From Marsupella aquatica (lineage: Eukaryota; Plantae; Marchantiophyta): 64,000 nucleotides of DNA. The notes beneath the pieces are model-generated. The model made no database searches and had not been told where the DNA came from. It worked only from the letters and a program-made list of their open reading frames with translations. Made by a program: the position numbers and the translations under genes. The stretch lies in assembly GCA_973895155.1 (NCBI GenBank), contig OZ316893.1:16336645-16400644 (forward strand). Reading direction: 5' to 3'. Position 1 is the first letter of the stretch. The number at the start of each line of letters is the position of its first letter. Of the stretch, positions 11,826-23,222 are shown one piece after another.

Positions 11826-14800
11826 TGTGACGCCGCCAGCACGGCGGTTAATGATTGATTTGGCCTAGTCGTGCTTAGCGTGCCCCTTTTGGGGCACCGT
11901 AGGCCGTAGTTATTAGCATAACGACACTAAGTAGGTAGTACTTATGACTAGGGAATCATTAGTTAATAAGGGGCATTTATGTTTGGGATGGCAGCGGAGC
12001 ACCATTCGTACTCCCGGGTTACAAGCGTGTAAGGGGACAAGCGTGTAGAACAAATTCTTGGAGGCGGCTGCTGACACGCTCTAAATCGGACCCGTGAGTG
12101 GCCAGTACATTGTGAGCGTGAAAAGCTCGGCCTATTGGAAGGGAGGAGGGACCGGTCGGACAATGAGCCCTCTGAGTATAAAAGGAGGGCCATTCTCTTG
12201 CATTACACTCACACTCCATGCGCCAGCTTGACCTCAGCCACTTCGTCCCTCCTTAGTCGCCCACCGTCACTTCTGGATGTCTATCATGATATTGTCAAGT
12301 TTGACCCTTCAATTTTGGCTGCAATTCCTATCCGTAGGAAGTCATTTAGCCAAGTCCTTAGCCAAAGTCAACCCGCGCCGATACGGGACCGAACAAGCTT
12401 ACGAGAGAGCCATTTGTTTAGCCGGCCGAAATCACTATAACGGCGACTTTGCCCTCCCTTTTCAGAGTGAGCTTTGCCGAGTTGACGAAATCAGCAAATA
12501 CTTCTTTGTCGACGAGAAGTACATTGGATTTTGGGAAGCACTTCTTTGGCTTCCGAACAAGGTTTACCATCTCCCGGGCACAATAGACTTGCAGCCACAC
12601 CATTACGACCATATCCCCGCTCGGGTTCAAGCCTCCATCGACTGTCAGTTTGGCCCTGCTCAAACAAGTGAGACTCCTATCCTAACATCACTCGACTTCC
12701 CCAGGGACTACCTGAATCTCATGGCGCCTCCACCAGCCGCAACTGGCACCAACCCATCCGTGACCGCACCAACACTACCTCGGCCTCAGCCAAGTCAATC
12801 TCCACCACCGGTAGCACCACCTTTCCGAGTGCGATCCGTGGTAAATGCGGTGAATATTAGCTCCAAAGATGAGGAAGCTCACCCTCCTCTGAATCGACGG
12901 CCGCGGGGTACGACTCAACAGGCGCCAAGCAACCCGGTGCCACTCCAGCACGCCCGAGGGGATAACACGATGACTCTAGCGGCCCCAACACCAATACTCA
13001 TGGCAGTAGCACTACCGCCGCCCGACTGGGAGGATGGGGAGATATCCCCCTCTTCTAGTCACCCCGGGAATCAGTCTCGGGGTAGAAAGAGAAAGGAACC
13101 CGCAGCTATATCCGTGTTGCCTTTAGCCACGGTTGAAGTGGCCAAGCTGACCATGCATCGCATGGGGGAGAACATTCACAAGAACATCCTCCACCCCAAG
13201 CATGCATGCTACCTGAAGACCCAAGGGTTTGAGCACCTCGCCCCTCTCTCCCTTGGAATGGAAGCAGGTACTACGGGCAGGATATGACGGAGTTCATTCC
13301 AAACTTTGACAAGGCCCGCCAACAAACCCGGGCGCACGGGAGAGTGATGTGTCTCAATGAGGCACGTTTGAAGATGATTTTTGGCCTACCCGAGGGGATA
13401 AATCGGGTAGAGTCTTGGCCTCTTGGGGGCAAGGGAGCTAAATACAAGTCCTCCAGCTTCCCGGCCGAGGGAGCAGTGGACAATGGATTCTTGATGAGGA
13501 CGTGCCTCATCCCGGAGGTAGCAGAACCCCTAGAGTTCCAGCGGTATGCCCTCCACATGATGGAACCACGGGGCGAAATATGTGTCGCCCAGGTCATACA
13601 AGTAGAGAACTTTCGGCCTAGGAAGTGGACGTCCTTCTTTGTTAAGAAGTTCCATGAGGACATGGAGTGGAGAAGGAAAACCTTATACCTTGGCGGAAAG
13701 GCGTACTTCGCGAGCCACATCGAGATCATCATCAAGTGGTATGCCCATTTTGACCGCCTTCCCCGTAGCAACAAGACAAAATTGACTCCTTCAAAGTGAG
13801 TGTTCCTAGCTCAGGAGAGGCGACCGCAGCCCGAGGCCCAAAACCTGGCTGTCGCAAAACCTGCTTCCCCGATCCCGCCACCAGCCGCTACCGCCCTGCC
13901 AAGCGTACCCATGGACGCAGTTATCGCGACCTTGGAAGCAATCAACCAGGTCAACGCAATCAAAGCCGGGCAGACTGAGGCGAGACTCGAACCGATACTA
14001 CGGTGGCCGAGGAAATCCCTTCACCTCCCACAACTGTGTAGGAGGACCACCCAGCCCCAGTGGAACCAGCCCCTTTGACTGACTTACCTCAAGGGCTGGA
14101 TGTTTCCACTCCTACTCCCTCGCGGGCTGGGGTCTGCCCGTGCCCGAATCCACATGGGCATAGTCTGGATCACCCAAAACTCTTTGCACCGGGCACGTTT
14201 CTGAACGGCTTGTTGGGAGATTTCTCTCAACAAATCGCACGGGATACCGGGGAATACATGGCACGAAAGGTGGCCTACTTCTTCAACCAGGAGTTGGTTG
14301 CAGCTGTAAAGGCACGACATGCGCAAGCTGAGATGGCGCGGAGAATAGAGCGGTACCGGGTTGAATCTGTCTACCTGAAGGACGAAGTGGCAGCCCTGGA
14401 GACTGAACTCCAGCAACTGCAACCTCAGGTAACGGCCACGGAGGATTAGGTTTCCGAGGCCAGGGCCCGGGCAGCCTTAGTAGAGCAGGCCGGGCTTGGA
14501 AAGGACTCCGAGATCGCACGGCTCCGGACCAAGATTGACGGTTTGAAGGGACAAGCCGTCATTTGGCAAAAAGATCTGGAGGAAGCTAACTCTCGGTCTC
14601 AGCGGGACACAACCAAGATTGACACCCTGAAGACAGAGGTGGCGCGGCTTCAAGGAGAAGCCACGAAGCAGGCCCAGTTGATGGACAAGCTGACGAGCGA
14701 CGTCCAGCAACTGGAGGAGGCCGCAAAAGAGACGGATGCAGCGAAGCGTGAGAACAAATCTCTATTGTCCAATTACTCAAGTAGGATGCCAACAGGCTTA

Positions 14801-15748
14801 GGAGGCAGCAGGATAGTCGCTCCCACTTGGGCGGCTCTGGCAAGCGTGCCAAGCATTAGCGGCAAAGTAGGATTAAAATAGAGTTAGGAGTAGCTAAATC
14901 GGGCTATAGGGACAAGTGCCTGCCTAGTTAAAGCGGTGCTGCCATACTGTCCAGCCTGCATAGATAAGAATCTTCTAATAAGACAAGCCGTTTTCCGGCC
15001 TGACAGCCAGCTTAGTTAGGATCTTAGTTAGTGAATATTCGGGCTCGAGGCCACTTCGGTCCTTGGCCCTTAGTATTTAGTGCACCCCTTGGTAGAGGCA
15101 AGGGGTTTTTAGTCACAGAGTTGGACATCCGCGGTATGTGCGGGGAGTCCCGACCTCTTTGAGTGAAAGAGTACCAAGGGGAGGGGGTAGGACTAAGATC
15201 GTTGGGTGAGTGCGGAGCCGGGCTCCGTTGTAGTGTACACCCTCGGCCTTGGACCAATTCATTCAAGAGCTTTTGGGTCAACTAAGTGTACGTGTATGTC
15301 CCCTTTGTAGTAAAATCCTTTCCCATTATTTCCTTCGTGTAAATCAAGATTGTATGCTTGTGCGTGTGCATGTGTGAATCTTGTGTATGGGTGCCAACAC
15401 TTGGCCAAACACACTACCTGAGCCGTGCACGGGGTACAACTTGCGGGTAAGTGGTTGCGAGCACAGGTTGAGTAACCGTATCATCGAATCCGAATCAAAG
15501 ACAGACAACACGAAGGCTTAGAAGCCCGTAAGCCGAGGTTGATCCCGCTATCAACTAAGGTACGTTCCGGCGGCGGAACACAAACCATACCTAGGAGGTG
15601 TCCGTAAATAACAGTAGACGCACTTAGCGCTAGTTTACGTGAGTTAGGTGCATTCCGTGCTTCCCTCCCTGCCCGAACCCTCATATTTATGAAGGATGTG
15701 CCTGTCTAAGCCAAAGCCCGGGTTAAGGCCTAGGCTGACGACGTGACA
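11826..15748 (+). mobile_element. Family B solo LTR (3923 bp) with internal coding remnants
   Basis: Starts TGTGACGCC, ends GACGTGACA. Flanks ACCAT (11821-11825) and ACCGT (15749-15753) form a 5-bp TSD with 1 transition. Homologous end to end to 55723-59633 in inverted orientation. Confidence 0.85.
12277..14881 (+). pseudogene. LTR-internal accessory ORF (Pro-rich region, plant-mobile-domain-like segment, C-terminal coiled coil), frameshifted
   Basis: ORFs 12277-13287, 13284-13799, 14060-14449 and 14543-14881. Peptides are conserved with the 59219-56600 copy (KNILHPKHA-YLKT-GFEHLA, IFGLPEG, NGFLMRTCLIPE). Confidence 0.7.
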
Positions 15749-15941
15749 ACCGTCATGGTAGCGGTGGCTGATCCTCAATGGACGCCCCCAACGCTTCCTC
15801 CGAAGCCATTGCCGTAGGTCCGTCCTCTGACAGATTACCTGCCCCGGACCCAATCAACTCTCCCGCAGCCTGACCGGGTCCACCCTCGGCTTTGGCCTCA
15901 GCATCGGCCACAGCCTCCGATACGGCTATGGCTTCCCCGAC

Positions 15942-18900
15942 CTATTCTAGTGGTGGATCCGGTACACTGGCTTCATCACTGATTGTCCCGGCTTCGGCCT
16001 TGCCATCCCCGCCTTCTAGGACAGTTGGATCCTCTACCGTGACCCTGCCTGAGGTTGGTGCTGGGTACTCCTCCTTGGTCATGACGCCACTTACCTCCGG
16101 CACCGGTGCAAGTGTTGCGGCTTGTCCTTCGGCCAGTACTACCCCTAGCAACTTGGTTGCCACAATTGGAGTTTGAACTGATGAAGCCAAGCACTTAAAT
16201 ACTGCGGCTTGTTTCTTCAGCCGCTCCGTTTGGTTGTTGGCCCACCGCTATAAGTTCTCCATCTTCCTCGTGCTTTCCTCCAACTCCTCTTGCGTTTCAT
16301 CCAGGTCCTTGCGCGCCTCCTCTAACTCCTTCTGGGCTTCCTCCAATTCCTTCCGCGCCTCCTTTCGTAAGGTAGCCCTCTCCTCCTGGGTCCTCTCAAC
16401 TCCTTGTTGAGCTCCGTTACGACCTCAGACTCCATTTTGTTCATCTTGGCATAAGTTTGATCGAGCTGGTCATCTTTCTCACACAGGTTGGCCTTGAAGC
16501 TGGCCGTTAGGGATGCAAGCTCCTCTTGCAGCACAATAATCCCTTGATTCCCTAACTCGGCCTCCTTCTGATCAAGGGTTCCGCGGAGATCCTTGAGCTC
16601 CCCCTTCAACGCCCTCTCCTTCCTCTGGGTCTCCGCCATGGCCCAATTGTTGGTTGCTATGTGGGCCTCCTCTACGTCCCTCAACTCTCGCTTTCTCCCT
16701 TTCCTTGACCGCATCGGCCAACTCCCCTTGAGTCCGAGTCAGTTTATCCTTGATAATTTGATTATCAGACTGAGCGGTATCCAGTTGCCCCTGCATGATG
16801 TTTAGCTCATGCCACTTAATCCGCAGCTCATCTTGGGCTTTCTTGGCCGCCTTCAGGTCTTCAGCCTCGGCTTCCTTCTCCCTAAGCCGTCGGATGACCT
16901 TATCCTTCTTTCTTCTCTCCAAAGCCACCGCTTCTTCCAATCGGGTTTTTCCAACATCTCCCTGTGGAAAAAGGGTCCCTCCTCCAACTCCTCCCCAAAG
17001 ATGTTGAGCGCAAGTTCCCCACACATCTCCCCGTAGTCCATGGCTCTTTCTTGTGCATAGGTGGAGTGAGTAGTAGTCATTGGCATCAACCACCGCGGCC
17101 TTTGTTCCCAAGCCGCCTTTCGGATTTCTTCTATCATGGCTGGAGGGCTGCTTTGTCTTTCTGCAAGCCGCCGGATGTCCTCTGGCCATTCTCCCCCGGG
17201 TAAATCCTTCTCTTTGGCCAGGGCTGTCTCCTCCTCTTCCCTGAGCCGCTCCTCAAACTCATGTGCCATTTGTTTTATCCCGTCGAATCTCGGGGGAGCG
17301 ACATCTGGTGGGGGAGACTCGGGGTTGTTCTGCTAGGTGGGGTCCCCTCAAACTACTCTAGGAAGTGTGGGGATGAAACGGCCATAGGTCCTTACTCTTG
17401 GGACATGATGGTCTGACCTATAGCCAGAGTTGTCATTGTCGTAGTCCTCCACCACCTCCTCCTCAGCTTGGACTACCGGCTCCCCCCGCTGCTCTCCTGG
17501 TCCTGTTGCAAACACGGCCTCCTACCAAACATAGCTCACGAGTCCGGGTTCCTCCTCCGGCTTCCAGTCTATCCTCTCCCTCTGGTTACCGCGACCAGGA
17601 GCTTTAGGCTGCTTTCCCTCGGCTTCTGGACTCAAGGCTCATACATACATTCGAACCCCCGACTCGTGTTCTGGCCTCCTTCTTTCCTTGGCTCTAGTAA
17701 AGGGGTTTTTCCTCATGAGTTGGCTTAGGCCAACTTCTAGGGCAGTGTCCTATACCAGTGCCATTGCCGTTGCCATCCTCTTTTCCTTCTCTAGCAATTT
17801 TAGAAGATTCTGCATGCCTGGTTGCTGCATCGGCAAGTCTTTCGTCCTTGGCCTAAACACTTGCTCGATCGTAGGACTGCCGGGCTGGTTGGGTTTCTCT
17901 GCTGCCGGCCTCTGTTCCGGAACCTCCTTTGGTGCCCTTGCCTGCAGGGTAAGTACCGGGGCAAAGATCTGACTTCGGGCATACCGGCACAACAATGGCA
18001 TGTGATAGCCAAGCCGGGATACGCTTCCCTTGCCAATCACCTGCTGTTCCTCCTTCAAGATCTTCTTCAGTTGGGTGAGGAGGTACCCATTATAGTCTTG
18101 GCTTGGGTCTGGTCTCTCCGCCAGGTAGACTTGTGCCTTGCCGATCTCTGGCCTCGGCAAGTTACAATGCATGGTTACCCACAAGAAATCGATCATCTCT
18201 CCAATGTGTGGGTTGGTGCAGGTGTTTCGGAAGAAGCCGTTCTTTGTTGATGGCCCTGGGAACGACCAGAACTCCTTGTCTGGCAAGGTCTTCCTAGTGT
18301 CTACTTTGGTCTTATTTCCTATCGGCAAGCCAAACACTTTGGCAATCACCTAGGGAGTGAGATAGAACTCCTTCCCATAGATCCTTGTGGAATTGGTCTC
18401 GGGCTCCCATGATCCCACAAATTCTAATAAGTCAGAATCTGGCACCTTCGGCTTTAGCCATGGTAATTTCACGAAGGCTTCCAAGCTGGATCCGACCATG
18501 AAGCCCTGGTACTTCCGAGTCTGCATAGCCGTAAAGCATGCATCCTCTCATGCAAAGTGTAATTGCACTTCCTTGGGGAGGGTCGCCGCCCAGCCTTTCC
18601 AGGTGTCATCCCTTGTTGGAATGACATTGATGGGGTCAACCTCCTCTTCTTCGGCTTCTCCCTGCCTCCTACTTCCTTGCTTGGCTGGCTTCCTTGGTGC
18701 CGCCGACCTTGTTCTCTTCGCAAGGGTGGCCTCGATCTTCATTGTTGTTCCCTTTCCTCTTCATAGCGGCTGCCGTGGATGTTTCTCCAAGCATGGTTGC
18801 CTTTGTCCACACCTCCATGCTACCCTTCAACTCCCAATGTATGTCATTGCAGCGGTTGATGGCTTCCCGGATGCCGATGATTCTGTTCTTGCAAAATAGA

Positions 18901-19061
18901 AGGTCGTCGAGCTGATTGACCGTAGGAGTTCACAAGAATTTGGCCTTGATAAGCTCTCTTCCTATGAAGGCAAACTTTTGCAGCTCCCATAATCGAGCGA
19001 GCTCCTGCCGTTCTCAAGCTGCCCTTTCTGATTCTTCATCCTTGTAGGTCCCAATGTACTC
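15942..19061 (-). pseudogene. Family A LTR-internal accessory ORF, central and C-terminal part (N-terminus at 36027-36338 beyond the CACTA)
   Basis: Fragments 18548-18742, 17750-18349, 16853-17269, 16572-17189, 16322-16714 and 15942-16190. The 17750-19061 part is near-identical in protein to 62186-63544. Contains an IAxVFGLP motif and a coiled coil. Confidence 0.7.
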
Positions 19062-19084
19062 AGTCACTACAACACTACCTACAC

Positions 19085-19340
19085 CTTTAGCGAACTTGAA
19101 AGCATCGCAAACAACAAAGGAAATCAAAAAACAAAACTCACCTTTGCAAAGTATCGCGCATCGCAATAGAATCGCAAACTACGAAGCCCAAAGGTTTGCA
19201 CCCGGTCTTTCGCAAGACCTTCGCAAGACCTTCGCAACTTGCAACACAAATAGAATCGCAAAGGACTCACATTTAAGCGACTCCTTGGGCGTCGCGATAG
19301 GCTTGCGATAATAATCGACCAGTTCAATATTTGCGATTCC
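19085..19340. repeat. CACTA left subterminal short repeats (TCGCAA/TTGCGA)
   Basis: Dense ATCGCAA/TTCGCAA/TTGCGA motifs in both orientations; similar cluster at ~35530-35950. Confidence 0.7.
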
Positions 19341-20028
19341 CTCGGGGGTTTCACTTCCACAAAAATGGCACATCACGTGCGACGAAGTATAGGGTTGATT
19401 TATTGGTTTGAAGGGAAGACTTAAGAATTTTTGTAGAAGAACAATAGGGTCCTTTAAATTCAATTTTGAGACTTATAAGAACATTAGGGTCTTTTTAACC
19501 AAAATAACTTTATAGGGGTTGAAAAATTAAAAAAAAATCTTATATTTTAGGGGGTCTGAGGCCTAAAAACGTCGCAGGGGATGGGGAGACATCCATATAG
19601 TGAGACCCCTGAGGCAATTCCACAAGTTTGGTAATATGTTTGTGATATTCAATAAATGGTAGTTATGCCATGAAATTTGCTTTGCATTTGTGTGAACTTA
19701 TGTGGTTCGCATAATGTTTGCGATACCTTCAGTATGGTAAATATGCGATTTGGGTTGATCGCATAGGTTTCGCAAGCTGTCTTGAGGCTAGGGTTTAGAT
19801 TTAGAGTTTTGAATTATGGTTGGGGTCTTGTTGCCCAACACGGAGAATGAGGTCTGAATCAAAATTGCTTTATAGAAAATTGATAGGTACACAAAAATTA
19901 GGGTTTCCTAAACCCTAAACCCTAGATGGGTGTCATATGACAAGCTAGGTCCCTATAAGACTACCCATATCAAAACTATATACTACACTAAGTAAATGGG
20001 CATCCCATGGGCACTACACCACCAAGCT

Positions 20029-21994
20029 CTAGAATGGGGTCCTCCTACTCCTTGTCGCCGGCCTCTTCCCCTTGTCCCTCTTGCGACGATCCGGACGTGG
20101 CATAGGAGGTGGTGCTGGCTGCTCCTCCACATCTAGTTCCTCCTCCTCCTCCTCCTCCTCATCCTCTTCCTCCCCCTCCTGCTGGGAAACTCCTCCTACT
20201 GGTCCAGATCCACTACTCCCTCCTACCTTGGGCCCCTTTGTCGTGGTCCCCTCATTGTTCTCATTGGTGCTGCTGGTATCACTGGCATCCTCATCATCCT
20301 GTTTGCACAGCACAACGCCAAATTGGTTTAGGTTTACAGAATGAAAATATAAGTGGATTGGGTGGGAAAAACTGAAGGGGATACATGCACTTACAGTCGC
20401 CAACTCTGCGTCAACCAAGTCAAAGAGATGTTTGGCTCCATGCGCAGCTCCTATCTCCATCTCTTTTGCTGTTATCTTCCTGCGGTACCTCTTATACTAC
20501 CACAACCAAACATTCCAAAACCAAAATAGATTGGGGTTAATATGCCATAAACCCAAGAAAAATGCATGGAGGTGCTAATAGGGTGCTCCCTAACACAAAA
20601 TTGGGCTCAATAACCCTTAGCGGTATTTTTTAAACATAATACACACTTGCGAAACTCCCCGCTTCGCAAATTCAAATAAATTGGCTGTTTGCGAAGTAGT
20701 TTGCGAAGCGGGTTAGTTCGCAATAGCTTCGCATCTATAACTTTAAAAAATGCCATAATAGACTTTGCGAAACATTTGCAAAGCAACCCGCATCGCAAAA
20801 GCTTCGCAAACTCTATTTTTAAAAAATTCCGAGAAATCTCTAAGGCACGCAATGCGTCAGGGTGACCTAAAGTACAAGGCAGGCCATAAGAAAGAAAGAA
20901 GAGGTATGTAGGGGGGGCATTGCAAGTTCGGATAGCAATTGAAAGCAAGGAAATAGAAGCAGGGGAGGAGAGGGCCCACTCACAAAGTGTGCTTTGAGGC
21001 CGGGAAGTCCACCTTGGCCCATCTTGTGCGTGGTCTTGGGCCGTTTGCTGACTCGCTCAACTGCAAGGATGAATTTTTGGGGTGGTGCCCCCACTTCATC
21101 CACAATGTGCTGCATGTGAGACACCTTCTCAGCCATTGCCTTGAGCTCTCGGTCGGACTTCCCGGCCTTCTGTGCCTTGGCTTCCATCTCCTTCCATAAG
21201 AGAAGGTTTCTGGCAACTCTCATCTGCACCTCCACTTTATAAAAGGCATTCCACACGTCCTCAGTGAATTGCAGTGGCCTCCTCACGTTTCTGTACTCCT
21301 CCAAGTTTGCCAGGTAGGCCCTTAACTTCTTCCTATCATGGTACCATGCTTGAGACATTGAATTGGAAATTCTATTTGCAAGCCATTGTTCATCAATCTC
21401 AGCTCCATTTCGAAATGAATCTTTGATTTGACTCATTACTTTCCTCTGGTCTGCCTTGCTGAGTTTCCCCCACTCAACTCCTCGTGCAAAATTGGAGCGC
21501 ACCATAAGCCTGATAGTGCTCTTTGCCCCGGTGTAGGCCAGTTCAGTAGGAATGCCTTCAATCAAGGCAATCATAGGCAGCTTCTTCCTCTCTTCCTCCT
21601 TCTTTCGCTGCTCCTCCCGCTGTGCTCTTATCTCATCTCGTTCCTCTCTCCTCCTCTTCTTTTCTAGGGCTGCAGGTGAGACCACTCCTGCCTTGGCCCT
21701 CTCCTCCTTATGCTTCTTCTCTCTTGCCTTTTGTTGAGCTGCACTCCTTTGCTCCTCCTCCCTTGCAATGTTCCCTGCAACTACTCCCGTTTGCAAGGCT
21801 TGCCCTAGGATTGCACTCAAAGAAGCAATCCCTGCTGGTGCAGTCAAATCTAAGCGGCTCAACTATGCTGCATTGAGGTGCTCAGCCATCAAATCGGTCC
21901 ATCGATTCCTCTCCTGCTCCCCATTGCCTTCATTCCCATTGCCACTGTCACTCACCCTTGCCCCATCACCTCCATTTGCTCCACTGGAATCCAT
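20029..21994 (-). pseudogene. CACTA second gene, TnpA/Ptta-like, 3 exons (21994-20984, 20496-20395, 20298-20029), one premature TAG at 21863-21865
   Basis: GT-AG introns join the exons in frame (~460 codons). EWGKLSKADQRKVMSQIKDSF...WLANRISNSMSQAWYHDRKKLR and HKMGQGG resemble En/Spm TnpA-family proteins. Acidic tail with a basic end. Confidence 0.65.
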
Positions 21995-22391
21995 AGCTAA
22001 GCCACCCCCGAGCACGCGCAAGCTCCCTTCTCCCTCCCTACGCTTGAAATTTGTCAAATGCCGTTGAGTACGCTGCGGCCGAGTGCTAAAGTACAAGCGG
22101 GAAAGACTTGCAAAGCAACCCATTTCGCAATTTGCGATCCTTCTTGTTTCGCATGTAGTTTCTCAATTTTGCGAAACCATTGCAACGTTCAAGGTTTCGC
22201 AACACCTTCGCTCTCTCGCAGAAATGCTCTCGGGCTCTGTTTTTCTGAAGGTCGTGCAAAAGCATACGCTTCGCAAAACTCAATTCTAATTTGTGATGGT
22301 ATTTGCAAAGGAAGTGGCTTCGCAAGACATTGGCAACTCGTCTTGGGGGGGATGTTGGTTTCATTTGAAAGGGTTTTTTTCAAAGGTAAAG

Positions 22392-22473
22392 TGGACCCCT
22401 CTATACTCATATTTGGAATGCTTTTTGGCCATGGACCCCTCTATACTCATATTTGGAATGCTTTTTGGCCATG
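22392..22473 (+). repeat. Perfect 40-bp tandem duplication in the CACTA divergent promoter region
   Basis: TGGACCCCTCTATACTCATATTTGGAATGCTTTTTGGCCA occurs twice in tandem. Confidence 0.9.
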
Positions 22474-23222
22474 TTTTGGGTGTTAGATAATACTTGAAGG
22501 CGGGTTTGAAGGGCTAGGCAGATTTCAGGTTAATGGGTTATGTATGGTGTTGGTTTAGGCTAAGGTTTGGGTTTACATTAGTTTAGAAGAAATAATAAAG
22601 GTGTGGGATTTGGTTTACAAGAAATAAGTAAGGTTTGGGTTTAGGGTTTTAGGGTTTGGGGTTTTTAAATAGAAAGGTCTCTAGGGTTGAAGAAAGGTTT
22701 GGTTTTATGTGTAAGTCAGATTTAGGTTTAATAGGTAGGATGCGGTTTGGGGTTGAAGGTTTGGATAAGACAAAGCAAGGTTTCATGAGATTTATATTGC
22801 AGCCTTTTGGGTTTAAGAGAGGTTCATTGGGTTTATGAATCAAAAAGGGATTGGCATGGGTTTTGCTAACAAAGGAGGGGAATATATGATAGCTTGCAGG
22901 GTGCGGCACTTTTTGATGATTTGATACTAATGCATATGCATTGTGAGAGCCCAGGCATATGAAAGGTAAACAATTTTTTTTAAATTTTAAATTTTAAATT
23001 TTTTGGAAATTAAAATGAAACCCGCGAAAACCCATGGGAAGGGGGGCCCAACAGGGCAACATAAGCGTGGGCAGCATAGTGTGACCCAGGTGAGGCCATA
23101 ATGAGCACCTAAGTGCAAAGGCACAAAGAAGTGTTCCTAGCCAACTAAAGTAGAATGCATAAACAAGTATTGCTTCAACTAAAAAGCCATGCGTCTGGAC
23201 GAGTAACCCACCTAAGACATTC

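Noticed and set aside
19905-22660. AAACCCTA/TTAGGGTTT telomere-like words at ~19910 and ~22640
   Set aside because: Only one or two units each; such words are common in plant TE and promoter DNA and do not form an array.
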